DNA of 64,000 nucleotides from Rickettsiales bacterium (GTDB lineage Bacteria; Pseudomonadota; Alphaproteobacteria; Rickettsiales; UBA1997): NCBI GenBank assembly GCA_018969185.1, contig JAGWYT010000003.1, positions 3,843 to 67,842 of the forward strand, read 5' to 3'. Shown piece by piece: positions 56,130 to 64,000 of this stretch (position 1 is its first letter; each line of letters starts with the position of its first letter). The notes under the pieces were generated by a model. It saw only the letters and a program-made list of their open reading frames with translations, ran no database searches and was not told where the DNA came from. The position numbers and the translations under genes were made by a program.

Positions 56130-56292
56130 TAGTTATAACTGCTAAATAGGACAGAATTAATTTTCTTTTGTCCCGTAACTTTTATTGAAATATTGAGATC
56201 ACCGCGAAGACGATAGTTCTTCCACATCTCAAATACTATTTTATCTTCGGATCAAATAGAATTCACATTCATCCGTTTAGCGGTTATTCAAT
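56130..56292 (+). ncRNA. ssrS: probable 6S RNA
   Basis: A 184-nt non-coding gap lies between zapA and the 5-formyl-THF cyclo-ligase gene, the conserved ssrS location. A long closing stem pairs ataactgctaaa (56135-56146) with tttagcggttat (56276-56287), one G-U pair, and continues GGA/TCC. Ends are approximate. Confidence 0.55.
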
Positions 56293-56307
56293 CAGCACAG
56301 AAATAAG

Positions 56308-56889
56308 ATGCCAAGCAAACAAGAACTACGCCAAGTTTTCAAAGATAAAAGAAATTCACTTTCTAAAGAAGAAGTCCAAATAAAATCCTCAGCAATAAAT
56401 AATAATTTCATTACAAATCTTTTACCAAAAATTTATCAGAAAAATTCTAAAGCAATTTTTTCAATTTATCTTTCTTCTGGCAATGAGGTTGCAACAGAAG
56501 AAATCTCACAATATTTTATTTCAAATGATATTAATTTTTCTTATCCAAAAATAATAAAACTTAATTTTCCTTTAGAATTTATTTTATTTGAAAAAAATCA
56601 GGAATTTTCAAAAAATAATTATTTTCCTAAAATTCTTGAACCAAATAAAGGTCAAGCAATATCTCCTGATATTATCATTTTACCGCTTTTAGCCTTTGAT
56701 TCAAAACTATCAAGACTTGGCATGGGTGGTGGATTTTTTGACCGCACGATTGAATTTTTAAGAAAAGAAAAAAATATAATAACTATTGGCTTAGCCTATG
56801 ATTTTCAAGGCTCGGATAGCATTATTCCAATTGAAAAAACAGATCAAAAGCTTGATTTTATTGTCACCGAAACCAACATATTTTCTTAA
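56308..56889 (+). CDS. 5-formyltetrahydrofolate cyclo-ligase
   Basis: 193 aa, ATG start. ILPLLAFDSKLSRLGMGGGFFDR is the family motif (P..AFD..G.RLG.G.GYYD). Confidence 0.85.
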   Translation: MPSKQELRQVFKDKRNSLSKEEVQIKSSAINNNFITNLLPKIYQKNSKAIFSIYLSSGNEVATEEISQYFISNDINFSYPKIIKLNFPLEFILFEKNQEFSKNNYFPKILEPNKGQAISPDIIILPLLAFDSKLSRLGMGGGFFDRTIEFLRKEKNIITIGLAYDFQGSDSIIPIEKTDQKLDFIVTETNIFS

Positions 56890-57059
56890 ACGCAACTGTG
56901 CGTTAATCTGACACAGATTAAAAAATCATAAATTAATAGTTGCTTTCAAATTTCTTAGATATAGTTTGAATCTCCACGAACATTGTTTAGATGTAGCCTT
57001 CAAGCTATTTCGAGCTGTGTTTATAATTTTCTATTTATCAATTTTAAAAAGATCTAACA

Positions 57060-57332
57060 ATGCATAAAACAGACTTAATTAAAGAAATTGCTAACCAAAC
57101 TGGTCTATCTCAAAAAGATGCTGGTGCTTCTCTAGAAGCTTTCTTAAAAGCTACTACAAAAGCTCTTAAAAAAGGTGACACTGTTACCTTAATTGGTTTT
57201 GGTACTTTTAAAGTAGTAAAAACTGCTGCTAGAAAAGGTCGCAATCCACAAACTGGAAAAGAAATCCAAATTAAAGCTTCTAAAAGAGTTAAATTCTCTA
57301 CTGGTAAAGCTTTAAAAGATTCTGTAAAATAG
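57060..57332 (+). CDS. hup: HU-family DNA-binding protein
   Basis: 90 aa, ATG start. MHKTDLIKEIA...LIGFGTFKVVKTAARKGRNPQTGKEIQIKASK.VKF..GKALKD is the canonical HU pattern. Confidence 0.95.
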   Translation: MHKTDLIKEIANQTGLSQKDAGASLEAFLKATTKALKKGDTVTLIGFGTFKVVKTAARKGRNPQTGKEIQIKASKRVKFSTGKALKDSVK

Positions 57333-57344
57333 TTTCTTTTCTAC

Positions 57345-57385
57345 AAAAACCCTCATGTGAATTCATATGAGGGTTTTTTCTTTTG
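57345..57385 (+). terminator. rho-independent terminator of hup
   Basis: aaaaaccctcat-gtgaattcat-atgagggttttttctttt: a GC-containing stem followed by a T-run, 13 nt after the stop codon. Confidence 0.8.
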
Positions 57386-57485
57386 CATTTTTTAAAACTG
57401 CATTTATAATCAGAAAAGTTATAAAAAAAATTCTTAAAGAATTTCTGTTTTATAAGAGATTTTTTAAGAATTTTTTTCATTACAT

Positions 57486-57535
57486 TCGTTATCCTAGAAA
57501 TGCTAAGCATTTCTAGGATCTCTTGCGTTTCGTAA
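57486..57535. repeat. family-1 repeat fragment containing a perfect 29-bp palindrome
   Basis: atcctagaaatgct-a-agcatttctaggat (57491-57519), followed by ctcttgcgtttcgtaac. It shares the ttctaggatctc module with 60811-60822. Confidence 0.5.
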
Positions 57536-57583
57536 CAAAAAAAATGATGAGAAGTATTTATTATACTCCTACTTAATTTTTAT

Positions 57584-57660
57584 GGGGGTGTAGCTCAGTT
57601 GGTTAGAGCGCATGCCTGTCACGCATGAGGCCGCGGGTTCAAGTCCCGTCACTCCCGCCA
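57584..57660 (+). tRNA. tRNA-Asp (anticodon GTC), encoded CCA
   Basis: GGGGGTG-TA-GCTC-AGTTGGTTA-GAGC-G-CATGC-CTGTCAC-GCATG-AGGCC-GCGGG-TTCAAGT-CCCGT-CACTCCC-G-CCA. Confidence 0.93.
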
Positions 57661-57698
57661 TTTGTTATTGTTATAAAGTTACACATTTTCCCATAAGT

Positions 57699-57774
57699 GG
57701 GTGATTAGCTCAGTTGGTAGAGCATCTCCCTTACAAGGAGAGGGTCGGCAGTTCGAGCCTGTCATCACCCACCA
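57699..57774 (+). tRNA. tRNA-Val (anticodon TAC), encoded CCA
   Basis: GGGTGAT-TA-GCTC-AGTTGGTA-GAGC-A-TCTCC-CTTACAA-GGAGA-GGGTC-GGCAG-TTCGAGC-CTGTC-ATCACCC-A-CCA. Confidence 0.93.
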
Positions 57775-57855
57775 CTTATTGGTATAAAGCGATCCATCCT
57801 AAATCTGTTTTTCGATTTACTCTCTGTCTTGCATTCTTCCAAATAATATTATTCT

Positions 57856-57893
57856 TAGGTTTGTCACAAGCTCCAACAGCAAATAAGATTTTT
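57856..57893. repeat. family-2 repeat half-copy downstream of tRNA-Val
   Basis: ttaggtttgtcacaagctccaacagcaaataagattttt resembles cttggtttgtgacaagctcaatcagcaagaagc at 47455-47487 and the 49948-49971 core. Confidence 0.4.
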
Positions 57894-57944
57894 CACCAAT
57901 TAGCTGCACTTCCTCTTTTACAAAGAAGGTCTAAAAAAAGCCCT

Positions 57945-59501
57945 CTACAATAATTTTGCCTCGGAACCCCTATCACTATCCGGCATTTTGCCAGTCATAT
58001 TACGTGCCTCTCTTACATCTAATGATGCCGATGGTTCAGATCTATAAGTTTCAGCAACCATCTCATCAATTGCCTTATAGATTCCTTGATATTGTGGAAT
58101 TAAGCGTGGATTGATGAATTCAGTATTATGAGTGTCTAAAATAACAACAAGATTTCTGATAAATTTTTTACGCAACATATCATCAAATTCATGCTTCTGA
58201 CAAAATTCATCAACTTTATTTCGCAAATACTTATCTTCGTCAATTACTTCTCCATTACCTTCCCAAACTTTTTTCTGCCCATAAAGAAATTCAATGTAAA
58301 AATTATCAATGGGATTTTGTGGGGATAGATCTTGTAAGGCGACACATATCTTATTACGAGTAATATAGGCAGGATTTAAGGTTCTAACAAAAGCAATTCG
58401 CGAAGTTAAATCACGCGCTTTTGGATTAACATAAAAACCAGATCGCGATGCTCCTTCTGGTGGCTTTATAAACTCTACTCTACCATCAGAAAAAAATTTT
58501 ATTTTTGAATCTTCGCTAGTAGACCATGATTTATCTGGATCTGGCATTTTTGTGGCATCGTAAATTGAAAGATCTAAACCAAGTTCTTTATCCGATATAT
58601 TGAGAGAAAAAAGTGATTTTGAATTAGCAATATCTTGCTTTGCTTCCCTAATATCTGTAATAAATCTAGCTATAAGCGCATTGCGTTTTTCTTCAGTCCA
58701 ACCACTCACTTCTGGTATTACAACTTCCAAATCAAAATCAACAGGATCTCTTAAATCAGTTGGTTTTCTTTTACGAGATGAACTGCCCTTTAATACGAAA
58801 TAAACATCTGGATTATCTTTCATAACTGCTCTCATACCCTGCTCTATGAATGACGGCAAATTAGCAATTGACCTAACATCACGCTCTCCATCTAAAAAAT
58901 CCGCAATTTGTTTTTTCCTTTCTTCATAAGGAAAAAATTGTTCTGCAGCAGCAGATAAAATTGAAATATCACTAATGCTAACATTTGATGCTAAATCTTC
59001 TTTATAATCTGCGATGTGTTTTTGCTTTTCTTCATAATCTTCTTCAACAACCGAAGAATCATCCTCAACAGTTGTATCATCTTCTTCTATAGCATTTATA
59101 GGATTATCACAACGATAAGTGCCACCAATTGTTTCTTTTAATAATTCTGAATCTTTTTCATATAAATTACGCAAAAAACTCATAGCATTTAAATATTCTG
59201 CAGTATCTGTCGACATAACATCAGAAATTAAAGCAGATAAACGGTCTGGGTTTGAGTTACGATAGGAGTTTTGATATGACTTTGGTATAATAGTTTCAAC
59301 CTTGTTTCTAAAATCCTTATCTTTCAGCTCATAAATTAAATATAATAATGCTGCATAATATTCTTGATCTGTTTGCTTTAACTGCGAAATTCTCTCAGCA
59401 GTAATTTTTCCTCCCGCATCAACCATATCACAAATAAAACTCTTCATTATAGAAATAGTTTCTAAATATTGCTGTGATTTTATAAGATCTTTTTCACGCA
59501 A
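57945..59501 (-). CDS. hypothetical protein, possible Pol-beta-type nucleotidyltransferase fold; candidate secreted effector
   Basis: 518 aa, with no signal peptide or TM helix. The track start is TTG at 59501, directly after AAGGAG. The first ATG is at 59447. Acidic linker (EEDDTTVEDDSSVVEEDYEE). VYFVLKGSSSRKRKPTDLRDPVDFDLEVV ... LGLDLSIYD resembles hG[GS]-Xn-DxD plus a third acidic residue. Confidence 0.5.
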   Translation of the reverse strand: MREKDLIKSQQYLETISIMKSFICDMVDAGGKITAERISQLKQTDQEYYAALLYLIYELKDKDFRNKVETIIPKSYQNSYRNSNPDRLSALISDVMSTDTAEYLNAMSFLRNLYEKDSELLKETIGGTYRCDNPINAIEEDDTTVEDDSSVVEEDYEEKQKHIADYKEDLASNVSISDISILSAAAEQFFPYEERKKQIADFLDGERDVRSIANLPSFIEQGMRAVMKDNPDVYFVLKGSSSRKRKPTDLRDPVDFDLEVVIPEVSGWTEEKRNALIARFITDIREAKQDIANSKSLFSLNISDKELGLDLSIYDATKMPDPDKSWSTSEDSKIKFFSDGRVEFIKPPEGASRSGFYVNPKARDLTSRIAFVRTLNPAYITRNKICVALQDLSPQNPIDNFYIEFLYGQKKVWEGNGEVIDEDKYLRNKVDEFCQKHEFDDMLRKKFIRNLVVILDTHNTEFINPRLIPQYQGIYKAIDEMVAETYRSEPSASLDVREARNMTGKMPDSDRGSEAKLL

Positions 59502-59633
59502 CTCCTTAGTTAAAACCGTAAAAAGAAGTGAAATAGAATTTGATAAGAAAAGATCTGTTTGCGTTTTTTTTAGAGTTTTTAACTTTTTTCTGTTATCTTT
59601 TAACCTCTTGCTCTCATCTGGTGTAGAAGCACT

Positions 59634-60104
59634 TTATACAATATCTACACAAGCTATGCTATTATCAAGAGCTTTAAGTGTATTTCTTACTGACTCAGTA
59701 AAAACTCTAGCAATTAAGGGATCTGAAATAATCTCTGTTAATTCTAAACCTCGCCAAGAATATCTGTCCTCTATAGCACCTTTCTCTAATAAAACAAATA
59801 CCAATTTTTTATCTTTGCTAATCAGAGAAATATTTAATGGCGTAATTTTCTCTGATCCAGATATATCGCATCTTAAATTACAATCTGCGCCCTCTTCTAT
59901 TAAACTAGTTATTCTGCCTAAGTCTTGATTTATCTTGTTTGTTTTGGCTTCTACTCTTTCTGGATTTGATGTTTTAAGATTAGTATATACTTTCCATTTT
60001 CTATTCCCCTCACCAATATGATCATTGTAAAATGCTACCAAACAATTTTTTAACTCATCATTCTTAGATTCTAAAATACTTGTTTGCTCAGCAGGTTTTG
60101 ACAT
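59634..60104 (-). CDS. ankyrin-repeat protein
   Basis: 156 aa, ATG start. ITSLIEEGADCNL...EKITPLNISLISKDKKLVFVLLEKGA fits the ANK consensus (TPL..A......v..Ll..GAd.n). Confidence 0.65.
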   Translation of the reverse strand: MSKPAEQTSILESKNDELKNCLVAFYNDHIGEGNRKWKVYTNLKTSNPERVEAKTNKINQDLGRITSLIEEGADCNLRCDISGSEKITPLNISLISKDKKLVFVLLEKGAIEDRYSWRGLELTEIISDPLIARVFTESVRNTLKALDNSIACVDIV

Positions 60105-60123
60105 TTAATAATTTTTAAAAAAA

Positions 60124-60642
60124 TTAAAAACCATAAGTTAATCCTGTTGAAAGATTCAATATTTCATAGTGTGAATTTTGATAGTACACATTTTGAAAAT
60201 TAATTTCATTAGCCCATAATAACTTTTTAGAAATCCTAAAAAGAATTCCACTTCCATAAACTGGAGAAGTTTGATAATGATGCGCATTTCTAATTATTCC
60301 AAGACCAAAAGTAACATATGGCATGTATTTACCAAGTTCTACACCGAAATCAAATCTCTGACCAACACGATAACTAAAATTCGTATCAAGCACTTTCACT
60401 CCAATATTGTCGTAAAATGTTGCTGTTGAGATGTTGATCACATCATTATCGAAAAGCTCGTGAGAATAGGCTAGATCAGGTGGTATGAAAGCGAGTCCAT
60501 AGGATTTGGAATCATGCAAAACACCATTTAAACCGAATTGAATTGAAATTGACTGATTATATTTATTAACATTATCAGCCTTAGCAGGAGTTGCTACAGC
60601 CGATATTAGGCATGCCACAATAATAAAAGTTTTTTTAATCAT
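60124..60642 (-). CDS. small outer-membrane beta-barrel protein (OmpA-like/Opa-like barrel family)
   Basis: 172 aa, ATG start. Signal peptide ending AKA-D, alternating amphipathic strands, and the C-terminal barrel signature LSTGLTYGF. Confidence 0.65.
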   Translation of the reverse strand: MIKKTFIIVACLISAVATPAKADNVNKYNQSISIQFGLNGVLHDSKSYGLAFIPPDLAYSHELFDNDVINISTATFYDNIGVKVLDTNFSYRVGQRFDFGVELGKYMPYVTFGLGIIRNAHHYQTSPVYGSGILFRISKKLLWANEINFQNVYYQNSHYEILNLSTGLTYGF

Positions 60643-60787
60643 TTACCCGAAGTAAGACAGTTATGAATTAATATTATTTTTCGAGCAATGAAATTTCTTC
60701 GGCTTAATTACTGTGAAGTGTAAATATAATCAACAAGTTTGTTTTTTATTCATGGTAATTATCCCTTAGAATCATCAACTAAAATTA

Positions 60788-60868
60788 TGTCATCCCTGAA
60801 GTCCGAAGGACTTCTAGGATCTCTCATTTAAACGCACGAGATTCTTCACTACGAGGAAGTAGTGACAC
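60788..60868. repeat. family-1 palindromic repeat (copy A of tandem pair)
   Basis: tgtcatccctgaagtccgaaggacttctaggatctctcatttaaacgcacgagattcttcactacgaggaagtagtgacac. Confidence 0.65.
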
Positions 60869-60873
60869 ATCGT

Positions 60874-61000
60874 TGTCATCTTGAGCCGTAGATTTTCTTT
60901 TAAAAAATCTAAGCAAAAGATCTAGGGATTTATAAGAAGGAGTTGCATGAGATCCTTCGCCAAGAATTTGCAAAACAAATTCTAAGGCTCAGGATGACAC
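60874..61000. repeat. family-1 palindromic repeat (copy B of tandem pair, long form)
   Basis: tgtcatcttgagc ... tagattttcttttaaaaaatcta ... gatctaggg ... catgagatccttcgcc ... agaatttgcaaaacaaattct ... ggctcaggatgacac. Confidence 0.65.
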
Positions 61001-61121
61001 GTAAGTAAAAAGTAAAAAATATTAATAAATTAAATACTGACATATAAGTCAAACTTTGGTTAGTCCCCCGCCAAAGTCGGGGTTCTCCCAATTATGATGA
61101 CGACACTAATGGATAATAAAT

Positions 61122-63047
61122 CTAAAAATCAAAATGCCTTGCAAGGTAATAACTTCCTTCAAAATCAATGTGATTGAAATCAGTATATAAAACTTCGCCA
61201 TCTCTTACAGCGTAGCAAAACTCTTTATCACAAAGATAATTTTTTGGATCGAAATATTTGACCTGATATTTTTTTACTAATTCAGAAAATAAATTTTTTA
61301 AGAATTCGTCATTTGGCGCGGACTCTGCCCTATCAAACTTCTCACAATCTTTCTTTTCAAAAAAATCAAAATTTTTACGTATTAGAGCATTATTTCTTGA
61401 AATACATTTTACAGGATCAAATTTAAATATTGGTACCGAGCCAAGAATTATCACCTTCGCACCTGCCCTATTAAAAAATTCAATATTACGGCTTAGCTTT
61501 TCTTTGAACTCATTACCATACATCACATCATCATCCCATTTATTTGCTAAAATTACATATTTGAGATTTTTATTTGCCAAAACAATGTTATTAACCATCT
61601 TAAGTAAATCATCGCAATAGGCCTTCGTGCCATCATCAATAAATGATGCACATTTTGTGCTTGCCATCGCTGCAATTGAATAATTTTTTTTCATTGCCCA
61701 TTCAAGCACGCCACTGCTATATCTCCAAGCATGGCTATCCCCAAATAACAATACTTCAAAATCTTTTTTCTTCTCACCTTTAACGCATTTCGTAACAAAA
61801 TCTGGCGATAAATCAACCTCTTCAATTATGCATGCATCATCAAAAACATTTTCTTTTCCTTTTGCAGTTTCTTTAAAAATTTTTTTACCTTCATGTTTCT
61901 GCCATGATTTTACTGCTGAAGAGGTGATGATAAAAAATATCACAAAAGAAAGCGCAATAACAAATGGCTTATAAATTTTCTTACCGCAAATATTGAAAGT
62001 TTTTTCCTGAGAAATTAATTTTGTTTTTCTAAATGGAGTTTCAATATATTTATATGAAAAATAAGAAATGACGGTTGAAGCAAGAGCAATAAGAATTGCG
62101 GGCATTGTTGCTATATTTGCTGATCCTGAAATATCCTTATAAAATTCAATAATTGGATAATGCCACAAATAAAGTGAATAAGAAATGAGACCAAAAAATA
62201 CTAAGATTCTATTGCTTAAAATTTTCAGTGTTAAAGTGTTTTTATCTTGTCCGCTAAAAATTACTAACAGCGTGCCAAAGCAAGCAGGAAGTGCATAGAC
62301 ACCAGGAAAATTATTTTTATTGGTAAAAACAAGAGAAATTGCAATTAGTAACAAGCCACAAATTCCTAAAATTCTGTTAGTTGAATTTTTTGGTAATTTT
62401 ATTTTGTCAAATGCAAGTAAGCCGCCAAGCCCTAGTTCCCAAAAGCGCGAAATAAGTGAAAAGAATGATAATTTAGGAGAATTAATTAATAAAAATTGGC
62501 TTAAAACTAAAGAAACAATTGATAAGGATAGAACTGCAATAAAAACAAAGTTTGTGTTATTTCTGAATTTAAACAAAACAAATAACAACAATGGAAAAAT
62601 AAGATAATATTGTTCTTCAACCGCTAAAGACCAAGTGTGAAGAAGTGGCAAAACATCAAATTGCGTGTCGAAATATTCAACTTTTTTCTCAAATAAAATA
62701 TTTGACAATTGTAACGCTGCATATTTTAAAACTTTGCAAAACCAAATTAAATCATCAAGCCCAAGAAATAAAATAGCCGCAAGAAAGCTTGCAAATAGCA
62801 TGGCAAAAAGCGCGGGAAATATTCTTCTGACGCGGCGCAAATAAAAAGAACTGAAACTAAATTTTTTAGCTTCAATTTCACGCAATAAAATTTTTGTAAT
62901 TAGAAAACCAGAAATGACGAAGAAAACATCAACACCAACAAATCCACCAATTAAAAGCTCTGGGTTAAGGTGAAAAATCAAAACAGATAATATGGCAATT
63001 GCTCTTAAACCATCAATATCACTTCTATATTTTACTAAATCAGACAT
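61122..63047 (-). CDS. acyltransferase-3 family membrane O-acyltransferase with C-terminal SGNH domain (OafA-like)
   Basis: 641 aa, ATG start. YRSDIDGLRAIAILSVLIFH opens about 10 TM helices. The C-terminal soluble domain has LLFGDSHA (SGNH block I). Confidence 0.88.
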   Translation of the reverse strand: MSDLVKYRSDIDGLRAIAILSVLIFHLNPELLIGGFVGVDVFFVISGFLITKILLREIEAKKFSFSSFYLRRVRRIFPALFAMLFASFLAAILFLGLDDLIWFCKVLKYAALQLSNILFEKKVEYFDTQFDVLPLLHTWSLAVEEQYYLIFPLLLFVLFKFRNNTNFVFIAVLSLSIVSLVLSQFLLINSPKLSFFSLISRFWELGLGGLLAFDKIKLPKNSTNRILGICGLLLIAISLVFTNKNNFPGVYALPACFGTLLVIFSGQDKNTLTLKILSNRILVFFGLISYSLYLWHYPIIEFYKDISGSANIATMPAILIALASTVISYFSYKYIETPFRKTKLISQEKTFNICGKKIYKPFVIALSFVIFFIITSSAVKSWQKHEGKKIFKETAKGKENVFDDACIIEEVDLSPDFVTKCVKGEKKKDFEVLLFGDSHAWRYSSGVLEWAMKKNYSIAAMASTKCASFIDDGTKAYCDDLLKMVNNIVLANKNLKYVILANKWDDDVMYGNEFKEKLSRNIEFFNRAGAKVIILGSVPIFKFDPVKCISRNNALIRKNFDFFEKKDCEKFDRAESAPNDEFLKNLFSELVKKYQVKYFDPKNYLCDKEFCYAVRDGEVLYTDFNHIDFEGSYYLARHFDF

Positions 63048-63122
63048 TTTCCTTGCAAAAAATATTACTTTATTAAAGCCTTCCTACATTAATTTAAACT
63101 AATCTAACCAAAAAAAATAAAT

Positions 63123-63758
63123 ATGCCAGATATCACAAAATTAGTTAATGGTTTTAGAATTTTTAAATCTACAACTTTTGCTCAAAAGAAAGACGTTATT
63201 AAGCATTTGGTTGCGCAAGAACAAAAGCCAACAACATTGGTTATTTCTTGTGTTGACTTACGTATGGCGCCATCAGAAATTTTCGCCACCAACCCCGGTG
63301 AATTATATGTCATAAATAATATTGGTGCTCTTGTTCCAAAATACGATGCCGGCGGAATTCACGGCATTATGGCTGCAATTGAATATGCGGTAAAAGATTT
63401 ACAAGTTCAAAATATCATTGTACTTGGACATGCCAAGTGTGATAGCATTAAAATGATGATGTCTGATAAATATGCTGATAAAAAACTTTCTGAATCTATG
63501 CAAAAATGGCTTTCAGTTGCTGAAGCAGCAAGAGAAGCTGTAAAGAAACAATTAGCTGACAAAAATAGTGATGAACAACAAGCTTCTTGTGAACGTGAAT
63601 CACTTGTTGTCTCATTTAAAAACCTTATGGAATATCCTTATATTGCAGAACGTATGAAGAAAAATAATCTGCAAATATTTGGTTTACATTTTGATATAGA
63701 AGATGGTGACATTATGTCTTTCAATGCTGGAAACGGTTTCTTTGAATCTATTTCTTAA
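63123..63758 (+). CDS. beta-class carbonic anhydrase
   Basis: 211 aa, ATG start. Zinc ligand and active-site pattern SCVDLR (CxDxR) ... GHAKCDS (HxxC). Confidence 0.8.
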   Translation: MPDITKLVNGFRIFKSTTFAQKKDVIKHLVAQEQKPTTLVISCVDLRMAPSEIFATNPGELYVINNIGALVPKYDAGGIHGIMAAIEYAVKDLQVQNIIVLGHAKCDSIKMMMSDKYADKKLSESMQKWLSVAEAAREAVKKQLADKNSDEQQASCERESLVVSFKNLMEYPYIAERMKKNNLQIFGLHFDIEDGDIMSFNAGNGFFESIS

Positions 63759-64000
63759 TGAAGATAATATATCAAATAATATTATTTTTTCTATTTTCAT
63801 TCTCTGCAAATGCCGCTTCCAATCTTGCTATTTCAAGCTGGCAAGAAAATACCACATTAACTGATAATGGAAAAATCTCACAAATAAGACTTGAAGGAAT
63901 TACCACTGGCTTTACTGCAAATCAAGTAATGACCGCCTTCTCAATTGGTTTTGATAAAAAACGCAATATCAGAATTACTAAAACTACTTTTAATAATAGC
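63758..64000 (+). CDS. secreted hypothetical protein, N-terminal part (runs off window end)
   Basis: Own reading: ATG at 63758 overlaps the carbonic anhydrase TAA. MKIIYQIILFFLFSFSANA-ASNLAISSWQ... is a signal peptide. The frame is open to 64000 (81 codons). Confidence 0.5.
   Translation, partial: MKIIYQIILFFLFSFSANAASNLAISSWQENTTLTDNGKISQIRLEGITTGFTANQVMTAFSIGFDKKRNIRITKTTFNNS

Noticed and set aside
56889..56920. Two short hairpins after the 5-formyl-THF cyclo-ligase gene, considered as a terminator
   Set aside because: The stems are only 6-7 bp and are followed by an A-run, not a T-run, on the coding strand. This is insufficient for a rho-independent terminator call.
57714..57953. 79-aa plus-strand ORF
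   Set aside because: It starts inside tRNA-Val (57699-57774) and then runs through a repeat fragment, so it is spurious.
5136..61000. Whether the recurring palindromic repeats could form a CRISPR array
   Set aside because: The copies are dispersed over tens of kb, differ in length (60-250 bp), are individually palindromic, and lack regular repeat-spacer periodicity. No cas genes are present.

Overview
The window is visibly AT-rich, gene-dense bacterial chromosome. Gene content suggests an alphaproteobacterial intracellular symbiont of the Rickettsiales or Holosporales type. Supporting signs are an archaeal-type ValRS motif, a Tim44-like protein, an NDUFA9-like SDR, scattered T4SS parts, an ankyrin protein, and many palindromic repeats, one of them in-frame inside a gene. 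I support about 57 CDS, 4 tRNAs (His-GTG, Leu-TAA, Asp-GTC, Val-TAC, all with encoded CCA), and a probable 6S RNA between zapA and the 5-formyl-THF cyclo-ligase gene.

Housekeeping genes:
- Translation and central metabolism: rpsU, hpf, acnA, valS, folD, tkt, lipA, purD, trpBA, argJ, ispE, aroQ, pssA.
- Envelope and protein quality control: bamB, a yfgM-like gene, hflKC, degP.
- Cell division: mraZ-rsmH-ftsL, zapA.
- Other: znuC, apbC, phoU, hup, carbonic anhydrase.

A roughly 15 kb co-directional polysaccharide locus spans 17022-32225. It holds a CDP-hexose deoxysugar pathway, glycosyltransferases, fcl, and an unusual module of a TPP enzyme, a DHQS-like protein, an SDR and an HpcH-like protein.

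Most interesting observations:
1. A VirB2/TrbC-type pilin gene carries a roughly 300 aa eukaryote-like extension: laminin-EGF-like repeats, sushi-like modules and a SUEL lectin. It is currently split by a one-base frameshift.
2. An orphan 1744 aa lipoprotein has a TrbL/VirB6 membrane core and a roughly 1000 aa K/E-rich coiled-coil tail.
3. Modular palindromic repeat families are present, including an in-frame copy inside valS.
4. Five 10-bp-phased YGGAA boxes lie upstream of mraZ.
5. A perfect 46-bp inverted repeat lies in the apbC/hflK divergent region.
6. An islet next to two tRNA genes holds a possible nucleotidyltransferase-fold protein and an ankyrin protein.

All calls rest on reading the supplied translations and sequence by eye. 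No database search or computation was run. Repeat boundaries are approximate (about 5 nt either way).
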